A stretch of 63,962 nt of DNA, counting the filler, from Saprolegnia diclina VS20 (taxonomy: Eukaryota): NCBI RefSeq assembly GCF_000281045.1. It is 11 parts of 3 records of this genome, joined end to end, with 100 filler letters (N's around TTAATTAATTAA, not from the genome) between each part and the next. Parts side by side here need not be neighbours in the genome. Positions count along the whole stretch, not along the records: positions 53,731 to 63,962 come from NW_008246183.1; 10 more parts are not named here. One strand, written 5' to 3'. Below the pieces are notes generated by a model. That model ran no database searches. It was given only the letters and a program-made list of their open reading frames with translations, and was not told the DNA's origin. Numbering within the stretch: position 1 is the first letter of the stretch; the number at the start of each line of letters is the position of its first letter. Below, in pieces: positions 63,601 through 63,962 of this stretch. The position numbers and the translations under genes were made by a program.

Positions 63601-63962
63601 AACGTCATTTGGCAGCGCAACAAGACGGCCACCAACGGCACGCGGTCGCTCATCGCCGTCATCTCGTTCCCGACTTCGAGTAACGTCACGTCGGCCGCGC
63701 AGACGACGACGACCAACGCGACCTTTGACACGGACACGTTCCGCTTTGGCATCATGGTAAACTTGTCTCTATCTTCATGGAAATTGCTCAACATTTACAA
63801 AAATCACAAAATTAGCTCTGGAGCATCCTCTGCGTGTGGGTCGTCGTCTCGTACGTGATTGCGCACTACGGCCTCAAGCCCAAGCGGCTCTGGAGCCTCG
63901 CGCGCTGGTCCCGCGACGGCACGTACGGCGGCTTCTTTGCCTTTTTGCTGCGGGTGCGTTCT
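60632..63962 (+). CDS. Ankyrin-repeat TRP-like cation channel (TRPA/TRPN-like), runs off window end
   Basis: More than 12 ankyrin repeats, then pre-S1 motif VMRRVLQLKWE|FFAQRMYIEQFLMYILLLASSVLSG and further hydrophobic segments. Confidence 0.75.

Overview
Eukaryotic, gene-dense, GC-rich DNA with many short (~40-60 nt) GT-AG introns and oomycete-type INR/FPR core promoters. Gene content points to an oomycete, probably Saprolegniales (inference). The window is a draft scaffold broken by twelve 100-bp gaps. Ten are artificial N44-TTAATTAATTAA-N44 six-frame-stop spacers, so adjacency across gaps is not guaranteed. Housekeeping and signalling genes: RidA, katanin p60, PP2A-B56, PMCA Ca-ATPase, RPS23, an AGC kinase, Mic60, Rab23, a REX1-like exonuclease, a CDPK and an ankyrin TRP-like channel. 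Accessory content: an LRR-TKL receptor kinase, a rearranged trypsin locus with inverted repeats, ricin-B lectins, PHO84-like fragments and a secreted Calx-beta/TNFR-repeat protein. Manual splicing recovered genes fragmented in the ORF track: a BMI1/PCGF-like RING-RAWUL protein and a 52-aa serine palmitoyltransferase small subunit. The most intriguing candidate is a 90-aa G/N-rich protein with RHIM/HET-s-like amyloid motifs. Others are a stand-alone NOS-type diflavin reductase, a palindromic trypsin locus with a flipped promoter segment, and a dispersed bipartite DNA motif. All domain calls are by eye; no searches were run.
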